Source of the DNA: Thermosphaera chiliense
Lineage (GTDB): Archaea; Thermoproteota; Thermoprotei_A; Sulfolobales; Desulfurococcaceae
Reading direction: 5' to 3'
Length of the DNA: 24,000 bases
NCBI RefSeq assembly: GCF_014962245.1
Contig: NZ_CP063144.1
Location: 28,582 to 52,581 of the forward strand
A model generated the notes under the pieces. It had not been told where the DNA came from and ran no database searches. It saw only the letters and a list, made by a program, of their open reading frames with translations. Positions 1 to 9,037 of the stretch are shown one piece after another. The first letter of the stretch is position 1, and each line of letters opens with the position of its first letter. Made by a program: the position numbers and the translations under genes.

Positions 1-2
1 GG

Positions 3-1001
3 ATTAGCGATGAATGGCTGGATTCCCTTGCGGAAGCGGTTTACGAGAAGCTGAGAGAAGCCTCCGTGACACGGTTCGTGATAGGGGTTAGGCTGAGCAG
101 GAAGTTGCGTGAAAAGGAGCTGTCGCTGATTGCTGAAGCAGGTTTCACCAGGGCTGAGTCCTTGAAGAACGAGGTTAAGAGAGAAGTAGGGAAGAGGGTG
201 ATGATTAAATACGGGCTGATGCCGGATTTCGAGAAGCCTGAAGCAACTGCGATAGTAAAGCTTGATGAAGACCTCAACCACAAGGTTGAGCTAGTGATAA
301 CCCCGGTCCTGCTGAAAGGCGTGTACAATAAGAGAGGGCGCAACATCTCACACGTTCCATGGTTTACGAAGCAGGGTGGGAGGAAATACCCCTTGAGCAT
401 TCAAGAATACTTGGAGTCCCGGTTAACGATTCCGTTCAAGGCTAAAAAAGTGAAGATTCATGCCGCCGGGAGAGAAGATGTTGATGCTAGAACGCTTGGC
501 CCAGGCAGGCCGTTGGTGATAGAGATTGTTGAACCACTCGTCAGAAGCTACGATATTGGAAACATTAACGAGCTGATCCGTAGCGATCTCGTTGAGGTAA
601 GAGTTAGTGAGCCAGCTAGTAGGAGGGATATTGAGCTTCTAAAGCAAACCTCCAGGGAGAGGAGGAAAGTCTACAGGCTACTCGTAATCTCGCCCACCCC
701 TGTCAGCGAGACACAGCTGAATGAGCTGGAAGCGTTCTTTAGAAACGTTAGCATCCAGCAGAGAACCCCTATAAGAATCCTAGCCCGTAAGAAGGATGTC
801 CTCAGGGTGAGAAAAGTCTACGAGGTTAGAACAAGGCTGGTCACTTCCACAAGCTTTGAAGCACTGGTATACTGTGATGGAGGCTTATACGTTAAGGAGC
901 TGGTCCACTGTGACCAGGGCAGGACCAACCCCTGCTTCGCAAGCATCCTCAACACCGAGCTGAAGCCTGTTGAGCTGGACGTCCTCTACATCGAGCACTG
1001 A
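3..1001 (+). CDS. pus10: tRNA pseudouridine synthase Pus10 (C-terminal catalytic part; 5' end lies outside the window)
   Basis: The reading frame is open from nt 3 to the window edge (ISDEWLDSLAEAVYEKLREAS precedes the listed M). It has the Pus10-type catalytic motif AGREDVDARTLGPGRPLVIEI and sits in the conserved archaeal neighbourhood upstream of rpl21e-rpoF. Confidence 0.8.
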   Translation: MSDEWLDSLAEAVYEKLREASVTRFVIGVRLSRKLREKELSLIAEAGFTRAESLKNEVKREVGKRVMIKYGLMPDFEKPEATAIVKLDEDLNHKVELVITPVLLKGVYNKRGRNISHVPWFTKQGGRKYPLSIQEYLESRLTIPFKAKKVKIHAAGREDVDARTLGPGRPLVIEIVEPLVRSYDIGNINELIRSDLVEVRVSEPASRRDIELLKQTSRERRKVYRLLVISPTPVSETQLNELEAFFRNVSIQQRTPIRILARKKDVLRVRKVYEVRTRLVTSTSFEALVYCDGGLYVKELVHCDQGRTNPCFASILNTELKPVELDVLYIEH

Positions 1002-1069
1002 AGTTTAAGATAAAGTTAAAAACGGGAGTTTTCAATTCTGTATTAAGAAATGCTGAGAGGAGTTAACAA

Positions 1070-1387
1070 ATGGTTAGAGCTCCAAGAGGCTTACGCCATA
1101 GGACCAGGAAGTTGTTGAAGAAGAATGTGAGAGAAAAGGGGAGCGTGCCTCCTCTAAGCCTGCTACTAGTAGAGTATAAGGAGGGAGACGTAGTCCACAT
1201 TAAGATTAACCCTTCCGTGCACGAGGGGATGCCGCACAGGCGATACCATGGCAGGACAGGTGTCGTGATAGGGAGGAGAGGATTATCCTACATAGTGAAG
1301 GTTATGGCTGGGGATAAGGAAAAGATTTTGTTCGTCAGGCCGGAGCATTTAAGGCTGGCCTCGAGCAGCCAGGTCAAACCAATTTAA
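1070..1387 (+). CDS. rpl21e: 50S ribosomal protein L21e (eL21)
   Basis: The N-terminus MVRAPRGLRHRTRKLLKK and the length of 105 aa are typical of eL21. A GAGGAG Shine-Dalgarno-like box lies about 8 nt upstream of the ATG. Confidence 0.9.
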   Translation: MVRAPRGLRHRTRKLLKKNVREKGSVPPLSLLLVEYKEGDVVHIKINPSVHEGMPHRRYHGRTGVVIGRRGLSYIVKVMAGDKEKILFVRPEHLRLASSSQVKPI

Positions 1388-1425
1388 ACTCCTCCACTCA
1401 TATATAAGTTAGGTGGTGTGATTAT

Positions 1426-1791
1426 TTGAGCGAGATACCTTTGCTCGAGGAGAAGCCCTTAACAAACCCTGAAGCGCTTAATGAGTTGAAGAAAGTAATT
1501 GATAGGCTGCAGGCGCAGGGCGTGCCCATACCCCTGTTGCTTACTCGAACCTACGAGTATTTGAAACGCTTTTCCAAAATACCGTATGAGAAGGTGGGCG
1601 AGGTCAAGGAGTTTTTAAGGTCGAAAGGTCTCAGGGAAGAATCCATAGTAATGATTGTAAACATATGCCCTAAAACCGTGGATGAGTTGAGGCCTCTTCT
1701 AGAGCTCGAGGAGAAAGTCTTGGAAACAGCTGTGGCTGAGGAAATAGTAAACTTTGTAAGCCAATACTGTGTCGAGAACACCGGTAAGTAA
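1426..1791 (+). CDS. rpoF: DNA-directed RNA polymerase subunit F (Rpo4, Rpb4-like)
   Basis: 121 aa with a TTG start. It is acidic and helical, with LTRTYEYLKRFSK typical of Rpo4/RpoF, and holds the conserved position after rpl21e. Confidence 0.75.
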   Translation: MSEIPLLEEKPLTNPEALNELKKVIDRLQAQGVPIPLLLTRTYEYLKRFSKIPYEKVGEVKEFLRSKGLREESIVMIVNICPKTVDELRPLLELEEKVLETAVAEEIVNFVSQYCVENTGK

Positions 1792-1812
1792 GCATCACAA
1801 ATCATGTTCTAA

Positions 1813-2457
1813 ATGGTGGTTTACATGTCTCTTTTCAGGCCAGATAATCCTAGGCGGCAGGAGCATCCTTGGGAAAACTCGATGATAGTGTTGGATTACA
1901 TGGAGCTTGGAAACCCTTCAGACCGCCATTACGAGCACAGAAACCAGCCGCTGGTTCAGGGCGTGGGCACCAAGTACTTCACCCTCCTGGAGGCAAACCC
2001 CCTGCCAGCTGTCAGGATCGATATCCTGGAGAAGGTGGAGCTGGGATATCCCAGTAAGGTGAAGAGGATTATTCAGATCCACTACGACGATCTCACAAGC
2101 ATGGCGAAAGCAAACCTGCCCGAGGCCTTGAAGATGATTATAAACGAGAATGAAAAGGTCTTCGTAGAATTCTTCAACATCGCAGACCCTGTTAACATCA
2201 GGCTCCACGCTTTAGAACTACTGCCCGGTATTGGTAAGAAAACGATGAGGCTCATACTTGACGAGCGGGCTACTAGGAGGTTTGAAAGCTTCGAAGATAT
2301 AAGGCAGAGGGTTAAGATTGAGCCGGTCAAGATAATCATTGAGAGATTGTTGAAGGAGTTCATGGGCGGGGAGAAATATTACTTGTTCCTGAAGCCGAGG
2401 GAGAGGGACGCGATATATCTAAGATACTTAGAGAGGCTTTACGGTGAAATATTATAG
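1813..2457 (+). CDS. DUF655-family protein (predicted OB-fold plus helix-hairpin-helix RNA/DNA-binding protein of unknown function)
   Basis: The motif VLDYMELGNPSDRHYEHRNQPLVQGVGTKYFTLLEA and a C-terminal HhH-like LELLPGIGKKTMRLIL match DUF655. It sits in the conserved position between rpoF and ksgA. The start could instead be the internal Met at codon 5. Confidence 0.75.
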   Translation: MVVYMSLFRPDNPRRQEHPWENSMIVLDYMELGNPSDRHYEHRNQPLVQGVGTKYFTLLEANPLPAVRIDILEKVELGYPSKVKRIIQIHYDDLTSMAKANLPEALKMIINENEKVFVEFFNIADPVNIRLHALELLPGIGKKTMRLILDERATRRFESFEDIRQRVKIEPVKIIIERLLKEFMGGEKYYLFLKPRERDAIYLRYLERLYGEIL

Positions 2458-2507
2458 AGCTCCCGGAGCTTGACAGGGCATCGCTTGTCTCATGGACTAT
2501 TAACACT

Positions 2508-3257
2508 TTGAAAAGACATGGGATAAGGCCTTCGAAAAAGTTAAGCCAGAACTTCGTGGTAAACCCTAGGCTAATATCCGATATTTTATCGTTAACAAGT
2601 AGCGAGGACACTGTAGAGATTGGGTGCGGGATAGGAACCCTCACAATATTCCTGATCAACAGGGTCAGGTCCCTGGCCTGCGTCGAGTATGATGAAAGAA
2701 TGATCAGAGTCGTCGCCAGCATTGTTAGAAACCCCCGGTTCATACCTGTTAGAGGGGATGCTTTAGCAACAGGGGTTGGAAGACCCCAAGTAGTATCCAA
2801 CCTGCCCTACCATGTAACATCCGACATGCTCATAATGATTGCAAGGGATAATTCTGTTTCAAAGGCTGTTCTCACCCTTCAAAAAGAGGTTGGGGATAGG
2901 CTGGTCGCCAAGCCCGGTTCAGAATCCTACGGAAGGCTCAGCGTGATAGTGCAACTACTCTTCAATTTAAGAGTTGCAGGAGTCTACCATCCCGGGTCGT
3001 TTATCCCGCGGCCTAAGGTAGCGTCAAGCCTGCTCCTGCTTGAACGCAGGAGAACCTATGATAGGGTGGTTGAAAAGGTTGAGCATGTGACAAGGGCTTT
3101 GTTCAGCCAACGGAGAAGAAATGCTAGGAGGGTTGCAGAGTCCCGCCTAAGCCTTAGCGCCGAGGTTTTAAACAGGATTATCCCATCTGATAAAAGGGTT
3201 TTCGAGCTAGAGCCCGAGGTGTTCCTCGCATTAGCGGAAGAATTAGCGAGTACATAG
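2508..3257 (+). CDS. rsmA: 16S rRNA (adenine1518/1519-N6)-dimethyltransferase KsgA/Dim1
   Basis: KKLSQNFV (the GQNFL-type motif), the SAM loop VEIGCGIGTLT and the catalytic SNLPYHVTS are present. The TTG at 2508 is the first start-type codon in the open frame. Confidence 0.9.
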   Translation: MKRHGIRPSKKLSQNFVVNPRLISDILSLTSSEDTVEIGCGIGTLTIFLINRVRSLACVEYDERMIRVVASIVRNPRFIPVRGDALATGVGRPQVVSNLPYHVTSDMLIMIARDNSVSKAVLTLQKEVGDRLVAKPGSESYGRLSVIVQLLFNLRVAGVYHPGSFIPRPKVASSLLLLERRRTYDRVVEKVEHVTRALFSQRRRNARRVAESRLSLSAEVLNRIIPSDKRVFELEPEVFLALAEELAST

Positions 3258-3850
3258 TTGGAGAACTGAGAATCATCGCTCACGGAAACGTTTATAAGCC
3301 GAGCGATGACACCTGGCTACTTATCAACCTGGTAGATGAGGTAAAGCCAAGTGGAAGAGTCTGCGTCGACCTGGGCTCAGGGACAGGTGTGGTGGGTTCT
3401 CACCTGGTTTCACAAGGTTATTGCCAGCTAGCCGTGCTCGTGGACGTGGTGGAGGATGCGCTGATATCTAGCAGGGACACTGTAGAGGCTAACAACCTGT
3501 CCAGCAGAGGCATTGTGATCACCAGTGTTGAAGCCCTTAACGACGGCTCCGTGGACATGGTAGTGAGCAATCCTCCCTATCTCCCAGCATACGATCCCGG
3601 CAAGATAGATATCGCTACTGAGGGAGGTGTGAAAGGCTATGAGACGGTGGCCTACTTCATCAGGGAGTCCTCCAGGATTTTAAAACAAGGTGGTTTCCTA
3701 TTCCTGGTCTACTCCTCGCTAACCGGGGAGGAGGCTGTTGAGTCCCTGCTTGCGGAGAACGGTTTCGAAAAGATCAAAACGACTGTTTCAAAATTCTTTT
3801 ATGAAGAAATAAAGGTTGTTTACTGTAGGAGAAAGGGGCAGGCTAAATGA
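3254..3850 (+). CDS. Mtq2/HemK-like (N5-glutamine / small-domain) SAM-dependent methyltransferase; start codon unresolved
   Basis: The NPPY motif (VVSNPPYLP) lies in the listed ORF 3389-3850. The family N-terminal motif NVYKPSDDTWLL and the SAM loop VDLGSGTG are encoded in the same frame upstream (3257-3388), where no ATG, GTG or TTG exists. The 3254 (ATA) start is a guess. The stop overlaps the next gene's ATG (ATGA). Confidence 0.7.
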   Translation: MVGELRIIAHGNVYKPSDDTWLLINLVDEVKPSGRVCVDLGSGTGVVGSHLVSQGYCQLAVLVDVVEDALISSRDTVEANNLSSRGIVITSVEALNDGSVDMVVSNPPYLPAYDPGKIDIATEGGVKGYETVAYFIRESSRILKQGGFLFLVYSSLTGEEAVESLLAENGFEKIKTTVSKFFYEEIKVVYCRRKGQAK

Positions 3851-4545
3851 TTAGGGTTGTGCTCGTAGGCATAGAGGGTGCTTACAACCTCGGCGTGATC
3901 TCAAGGACGTGTGTTAACTTTAAAGTGAATGAGCTCTACCTTGTCAACCCGTCAGCATCGGTAGAGGAGGCATTACTGTACTCTGCGAAGGGAAGGGAAT
4001 TCCTGGAGAAAGCCGTCGTTGTCAGCTCGCTTGACGAAGCTCTTAAAGGAGTTGACGCATCCGTGGCGACAAGCGCTAAAGGGTATTCACCGGGCGACGT
4101 GCTCAGGCAAGCCATTGATATCGAGACCTTCACCTCCCAAATAGCCCCCAGGATAGGGAGAATGGCTCTTGTCTTCGGCAGGGAGAGCACAGGGTTGACT
4201 AGAGAGGAGCTTGCTAAGACGGATTTCATTGTTTCAATACCGGGCAACCCGGAATACCCTGTTTTAAACGTTAGCCAAGCAGTAGCAATCTTCCTGTGGG
4301 AGCTGTGGAAGATTCGCAGGGAGCAATCCCTAAACATAGCCCCTTCCGCCCCTCGCGAGGAGGTTGAGGCCCTTATATCCCTGGTTGACAATATTTCGTC
4401 GGCAATTATTTCCACGCCGGAGAAGGCTAGGAGAGCGGGGCTTGTGTGGAGGAGGATTCTGCACAGGGCGAGGCCCACGGCTTACGAGGCGCGTGTTTTA
4501 AAATACTGGCTTTACAGGGTCAGGAGCAAGCTTGGCGGGGGCTAA
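3847..4545 (+). CDS. SpoU/TrmH-family RNA 2'-O-methyltransferase, TrmJ-like
   Basis: The SPOUT motifs LVFGRESTGLTREEL and IPGNPEYPVLNVSQAVAIFLWEL are present. A 4-nt ATGA overlap with the upstream methyltransferase suggests translational coupling. Confidence 0.8.
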   Translation: MIRVVLVGIEGAYNLGVISRTCVNFKVNELYLVNPSASVEEALLYSAKGREFLEKAVVVSSLDEALKGVDASVATSAKGYSPGDVLRQAIDIETFTSQIAPRIGRMALVFGRESTGLTREELAKTDFIVSIPGNPEYPVLNVSQAVAIFLWELWKIRREQSLNIAPSAPREEVEALISLVDNISSAIISTPEKARRAGLVWRRILHRARPTAYEARVLKYWLYRVRSKLGGG

Positions 4546-4566
4546 CGGGGAAGGATGTGCGGGAAA

Positions 4567-5256
4567 CTACTTAGGTAGAATCCTGGTGCCAGGGTTTAAA
4601 CCGTTAAGCGATTCAAATATTTTCTCAGGGTTTTTGAAGAATATCAAGCGTATCTCAATCCCGCTCCTAACCGCCATGTCGAGAGCCTTATCATCGATCA
4701 AAGCGTACTCTCCAGGCAGTTGCTTCTGCGCAAGGATTTCCTTGAGACGGGTTGCTGTTATTTCTTTAAAAGGCTGGGCATCACTATGCTTCGCCGGATC
4801 CTTGTCGTAGACGTAATCTATTGCTGAGAAGTAGTAGAGGACGCGTGCGCCCACAGCTTCTGCTGATTGAACAGCCACAGAGGCTGTGGACTGCCCGGGT
4901 ATGAGCCCGCCTGCCACCAGGACATTGCTGTAGGGTAGTGCTGAGAGAAGCTCGTTGAGCGATTCATAAGGCTTAGGGTAGGCCCTCCCCTCCATGCCCG
5001 CGATGAGTAAGAGAGCGTTGAGCCTGGATACGTCTATCCCGATCAGGTCCAGCCAGTAGTTCGAGGTCACTCCAATGTTCTTAGCCATATCAATATAGTG
5101 TCTTGCTAAACGTCCCCCGCCTGTTATAACGATGAGCTTGTACTTCTCCGACAGCGTCTTCAAAATGCTAACATACTTCTCGATCAACCCTGATCCTTCG
5201 TCGAAAGCCTTCCCAGTTATCTTCAACACCAGTGTGTTCAAAACAATCATCTCCAA
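4567..5256 (-). CDS. pyrH: Uridylate (UMP) kinase, archaeal type
   Basis: The amino-acid-kinase fold motifs LKITGKAF, VITGGGRLARHYI and VAGGLIPGQSTASVA are present. The length of 229 aa fits. Confidence 0.85.
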   Translation of the reverse strand: MEMIVLNTLVLKITGKAFDEGSGLIEKYVSILKTLSEKYKLIVITGGGRLARHYIDMAKNIGVTSNYWLDLIGIDVSRLNALLLIAGMEGRAYPKPYESLNELLSALPYSNVLVAGGLIPGQSTASVAVQSAEAVGARVLYYFSAIDYVYDKDPAKHSDAQPFKEITATRLKEILAQKQLPGEYALIDDKALDMAVRSGIEIRLIFFKNPEKIFESLNGLNPGTRILPK

Positions 5257-5275
5257 ATCCTCATATAGTACGGAC

Positions 5276-5288
5276 TTTATTTTATAAG
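5276..5288. promoter_or_regulatory. AT-rich TATA-like box in the divergent pyrH/glmS intergenic region
   Basis: TTTATTTTATAAG is the only strongly AT-rich block in the 75-bp divergent gap. It lies about 45 nt upstream of the proposed glmS TTG start, and a GGTGG Shine-Dalgarno-like box lies 7 nt before that TTG. Confidence 0.3.
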
Positions 5289-5331
5289 TAATTCCTTAAC
5301 TATGATTATCACTAGTGCATGGTGGAACTGT

Positions 5332-7173
5332 TTGTGCGGAATTATAGGAGCCAGCCTGAGCAACCGGGTCTGCAGGGAGCTCGTAATTGGTGAAATAGTT
5401 TTCAACGGCCTGCTCAGGCTGGAGTACAGGGGTTATGACTCGGCAGGAGTAGCGGTTATAGGGGATCAACTCCTGGTTAGGAAAGGCAAGGGGAAGCTGA
5501 GAGAGCTGGATGCGAAGCTGGGTTTCAAAGGGCTACACGGCTGCGTGGGCATAGGGCATACTAGGTGGGCTACTCACGGAGTCCCCGACGATGTTAACGC
5601 GCACCCTCATGTTGACTGTAAAGGCGTGTTCGCAGTAGTGCACAATGGGGTTTTAGAAAACTTCGTGGAGCTTAAGAGAATGCTACAGAACAAGGGGCAC
5701 GTGTTTGTAAGCGATACTGATACCGAGGTTATCCCGCACCTTGTAGAAGAATACTACCGTGAGACAGGGGATGTTTTCGAATCCTTCAAGCAAGCAGTGA
5801 AAGCTTTGAAGGGAACCTACGCTATCCTGCTGATAACGCCTCTCGAACCATTCAAAATTTTCTTCGCCAAGAAGGATAGTCCCTTGATAATTGGCCTCGG
5901 TGTAGGATTCAACCTCCTGGCCAGCGACATACCTGCAGTCCTCCCCCACACCCGCAAGGTGGTGGCGTTAAGGGATAACTGGGCGGGTTTCATCACCCCT
6001 AGCGAAGCTTACGTGGAGGACCTTGCAACCGGTAAGCCAGTCGAGCTCGCGGAGTATGTTAGGATTGTCGAGTGGAGTCTTAGTGAAGCCGAGAAATCCG
6101 GGTACCCCCACTTCATGCTCAAGGAGATTCACGAGCAGCCGAGAGCTGTTATGGAAACCCTCCACGGGGCCCTGCACGACCAACTAATCCCTGAAGCCGT
6201 TGAACTGCTGGCGAATGCTGAGAAAGTCTATGTTACAGGGGCTGGCACTAGTTTCCACGCTGCTGAACACTTCTCGATAACCGGGACAAGGCTCGCCGGC
6301 AAACCCATCATAAGCTTTATTTCAAGCGAGTACGACACCTACCTTCCCGCGGCGGGAGAGGGAGATGTCTTAATCGTGGTAAGCCAGAGCGGGGAGACAA
6401 TGGACTCGTTAAAGGCTTTAAGAGCTTTCAAGAGAAAAGGCGTTAGAGTAATCTCCGTAAGCAACGTGATCGATTCAGCAATCCCCCGGGAAAGCCATGT
6501 AACGCTTTACACGCGCGCAGGCCCCGAGATAGGCGTGGCCGCGACTAAGACTTTCACAACCCAGACAACCCTCTTAACCTATCTCGCTGTGCGGCTTGGG
6601 GAAGCCACGGGTCAACTAGACGCTGGCGAGAGGGAGGGGATACTTAGAAGCATTAGCTCGGCAGGCGAACTGGTTAAGAAGGCTCTGGAGGACACTGGGG
6701 AGCGAGCTAAGAAGCTGGCCAGCGCAATCTCCCGCTCCAGCAGCGCATACTACCTGAGCAGGGGGGTTGGGGTCCCGGTTGCCAAGGAGGGTGCTTTGAA
6801 GATCAAGGAGATAGCATATATTCATGCAGAATCCTATCCAGCGGGCGAGTCGAAACATGGCCCTATAGCCCTGGTTGAGAAATCCTTCCCCGTAGTCTTC
6901 GTAATACCGAACGACACCTACCTTGAAACCCTGCTGTTAGGGAATATTGAGGAGATGAAGGCTCGTGGAGCATTCACTGTTGGCGTGGGACCTGAAGGCT
7001 CAAGGGCTGTGGAGCTTCTAAACGACTACATACCCGTGCCGCGGACACACTGGGCTTTAACCCCTCTCACCCACACAATACCCCTCCAGCTTCTAGCATA
7101 CTACGCTGCTGTTGAGAAAGGGTTTGACCCTGATAAGCCTAGGAATCTTGCTAAAACCGTTACGGTGGAGTAG
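5332..7173 (+). CDS. glmS: Glutamine--fructose-6-phosphate aminotransferase (isomerising)
   Basis: The start is moved to the TTG at 5332, which gives MCGIIG. Class-II amidotransferases need Cys as the first residue after Met removal. Two SIS domains are present (VSQSGETMDSL), and the C-terminal NLAKTVTVE is the classic GlmS ending. Confidence 0.92.
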   Translation: MCGIIGASLSNRVCRELVIGEIVFNGLLRLEYRGYDSAGVAVIGDQLLVRKGKGKLRELDAKLGFKGLHGCVGIGHTRWATHGVPDDVNAHPHVDCKGVFAVVHNGVLENFVELKRMLQNKGHVFVSDTDTEVIPHLVEEYYRETGDVFESFKQAVKALKGTYAILLITPLEPFKIFFAKKDSPLIIGLGVGFNLLASDIPAVLPHTRKVVALRDNWAGFITPSEAYVEDLATGKPVELAEYVRIVEWSLSEAEKSGYPHFMLKEIHEQPRAVMETLHGALHDQLIPEAVELLANAEKVYVTGAGTSFHAAEHFSITGTRLAGKPIISFISSEYDTYLPAAGEGDVLIVVSQSGETMDSLKALRAFKRKGVRVISVSNVIDSAIPRESHVTLYTRAGPEIGVAATKTFTTQTTLLTYLAVRLGEATGQLDAGEREGILRSISSAGELVKKALEDTGERAKKLASAISRSSSAYYLSRGVGVPVAKEGALKIKEIAYIHAESYPAGESKHGPIALVEKSFPVVFVIPNDTYLETLLLGNIEEMKARGAFTVGVGPEGSRAVELLNDYIPVPRTHWALTPLTHTIPLQLLAYYAAVEKGFDPDKPRNLAKTVTVE

Positions 7174-7175
7174 TT

Positions 7176-7934
7176 TCAAGCCAGTGTGTCCAGGAAGAGC
7201 ATCGTCACAAACCCTGTTACAAACCCCATTGTCGCAACGTCTTCATGACCATACTTATGCGTCTCAGGGATCACCTCGTCGCTCACAACATAGACCATTG
7301 CCCCAGCGGCCAGCGCGAGTATGAACGGTATTAACCCCTGGCTTACCTCTATGAGCAACCCGGTTAGGATGCTTGCAAGTGTTTCACTGAACCCGGATAA
7401 AACCGCTATCGAGAAGGCTTTAAACCTGCTCCCTGTTAAACTTATCAGCGGGTATGATACTGCGAACCCCTCTGGCACATCCTGAATGGCTATGGCTATT
7501 GACAAGGCCAATCCTTTCTCGAAGACGAGGGCGGAGCCGGCTCCGACAGCCATTCCTTCAGGTATGTTGTGAATGAGCAGGGCGAAAACCATTAGGTAGA
7601 GTGCTTTAACCCTTCCCTTGTACCTGGCAGGGCCCTCAAACCTCTCCTGCAAGTGCTCGTGCGGGGTTAGCTTATCAACGATGAATATCATTACCACCCC
7701 GGTTATCAAGCCGGCTAACGCTACGTAGATGCTGGATAACTCTATGGATGGTATTAGCAGGCTTGTGAAAGAAGCTACCAGCATCAATCCTGCCGCGAAG
7801 CCTAGGCCGAAATCCATGTACAAGTCTCTTGAGTGGGGTGTTAAAACCCCTATTAACCCTCCAATGCTGGTTCCCAGGGCCGGGATCAACCCGAAAATTA
7901 TGCTCCTTCCAAGAGCGTCTGCTTCTAAAAACAT
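7176..7934 (-). CDS. ZIP-family divalent metal (zinc) transporter, ZupT/GufA-like
   Basis: This is a polytopic membrane protein carrying the ZIP signatures HNIPEGMAVG and QDVPEGFAVS. Confidence 0.8.
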   Translation of the reverse strand: MFLEADALGRSIIFGLIPALGTSIGGLIGVLTPHSRDLYMDFGLGFAAGLMLVASFTSLLIPSIELSSIYVALAGLITGVVMIFIVDKLTPHEHLQERFEGPARYKGRVKALYLMVFALLIHNIPEGMAVGAGSALVFEKGLALSIAIAIQDVPEGFAVSYPLISLTGSRFKAFSIAVLSGFSETLASILTGLLIEVSQGLIPFILALAAGAMVYVVSDEVIPETHKYGHEDVATMGFVTGFVTMLFLDTLA

Positions 7935-7942
7935 TACCCTCC

Positions 7943-9037
7943 CTACCAGCGCTTAATCCTTATCTTAACGTTTTTAGCTTCCAAGAACTCCTGGAATCCT
8001 TGCTTATGCTCGCTCATGTTCTCCAAGGGCTGTACGCCAGGCTTAACCAGCCGCTTCGCCGCCAGGTATGAAGCATACGCGTGAACCAGGGCTGTGAAGA
8101 AGGGTGTTGCCGGGTTCTCCACCGTCCCCTGTAAAACCGCTGTTTCAACATACCTTCCCCCGCCAATCCCTGTTGCCTCCACGTGGAGGATTGCTACATC
8201 GTTAACATCCGCCTTCAGCCTTGTCTCGAAGATTTTAGCGAGAACCCTCACCGGCTGCACCCTGGTGTTGTCGATTTCCAAGTAATCCTCGCTCATCAAA
8301 CCCAGGTCTCTCAGGAACTTCATATAGCCTACGTGCCCAGGCCATCTCAGAGTAACCTCTCTCATGTTCCGCGCCCTAATGTTTCTCAACAGGGTTCTCA
8401 AGCCGTCTGACACGAATCCTTCAAGCATTCCAACACCTTCAACATCTACCGTGATGGTCTCGGATAACGGGTCCACTGCTACGAGCTCTCCGTTGCGGAT
8501 AATTCTCGCAGGCCTCTTATACTCCTCGATGAGGTCAAAGGGGTTCCATGTTACAACGTAGCCTAGAGGGGGGATGGGGTAGCTGGGGATTCCTCCAACC
8601 ATTATGTCGATGCTTTCCAGCCCTCCCAGCTCCTTTTCCACGTATCCTGCGATCAAGTTGCTGTAGCCCGGGGCGAACCCGGCGTCAGGTATGAACACGG
8701 TTCCACACTTCTCCACTACAGGCTCGAGCAGGTAGGGGTCTTCCCTGGTGAATGAAACATCCACGATATCAACGCATTCCTCAGCCAGGGTTTTCAGGAT
8801 CGGGAAGGCTGTGGAGGAGGGGAGTGCTGTTACGAATAAGTCCGACTTTTTCGCAAGCTCTTTCAAAACGTCCTGCGAGTAGACATGGAACACTGTCCTG
8901 CCGAGGGCTTCAGCCAAGGGTTTAACCCCTGGGTTCGCGTCAACAGCGTTGAAGTTTGCGTCAGGGAGCAGTTCATGCAATAGTTTAAGCGTCCTATACC
9001 CGACTCTTCCAAGCCCGAGGACTGTTACCTCGCTCAT
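7943..9037 (-). CDS. Saccharopine dehydrogenase-family NAD(P)-dependent oxidoreductase
   Basis: The start is set at the internal ATG (9037), giving MSEVTVLGLGRVGYRT, a Rossmann GxGxxG at the N-terminus. The 82-codon upstream extension of the listed ORF would run across the divergent promoter and into the neighbouring gene. Confidence 0.7.
   Translation of the reverse strand: MSEVTVLGLGRVGYRTLKLLHELLPDANFNAVDANPGVKPLAEALGRTVFHVYSQDVLKELAKKSDLFVTALPSSTAFPILKTLAEECVDIVDVSFTREDPYLLEPVVEKCGTVFIPDAGFAPGYSNLIAGYVEKELGGLESIDIMVGGIPSYPIPPLGYVVTWNPFDLIEEYKRPARIIRNGELVAVDPLSETITVDVEGVGMLEGFVSDGLRTLLRNIRARNMREVTLRWPGHVGYMKFLRDLGLMSEDYLEIDNTRVQPVRVLAKIFETRLKADVNDVAILHVEATGIGGGRYVETAVLQGTVENPATPFFTALVHAYASYLAAKRLVKPGVQPLENMSEHKQGFQEFLEAKNVKIRIKRW

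Noticed and set aside
41-400. Antisense or alternative-frame ORFs overlapping well-supported genes (41-400-, 1551-1805-, 1918-2208-, 2360-2800-, 3936-4478-, 4532-4810+, 8094-8561+, 9548-9970-, 10971-11297-, 14360-14787+, 18983-19321+, 20176-20661-, 21082-21671-, 22546-23523+ and similar)
   Set aside because: Each lies opposite to, or out of frame with, a gene that has clear family motifs. Their translations are low-complexity (Ser/Leu/Pro/Arg-rich), as is typical of shadow ORFs in roughly 50% GC DNA.
1869-2057. A Gly/Pro/Arg-rich 62-aa alternative-frame ORF inside the DUF655 gene
   Set aside because: It is an out-of-frame overlap with a motif-supported gene, and the translation is low-complexity. 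It is considered spurious.
3240-3260. Programmed -1 ribosomal frameshift fusing KsgA to the downstream methyltransferase
   Set aside because: The frame relationship is right (-1), but there is no X-XXY-YYZ slippery heptamer and no obvious downstream pseudoknot near the ksgA stop. A rare start codon or a sequence error is more parsimonious. It is kept as a listed alternative in the finding.
5302-5331. The ATG at 5302 as the glmS start (MIITSAWWNCL...)
   Set aside because: GlmS needs an N-terminal Cys nucleophile. The in-frame TTG at 5332 gives MCGIIG and has a GGTGG box 7 nt upstream, so the 10 extra codons are very likely untranslated.
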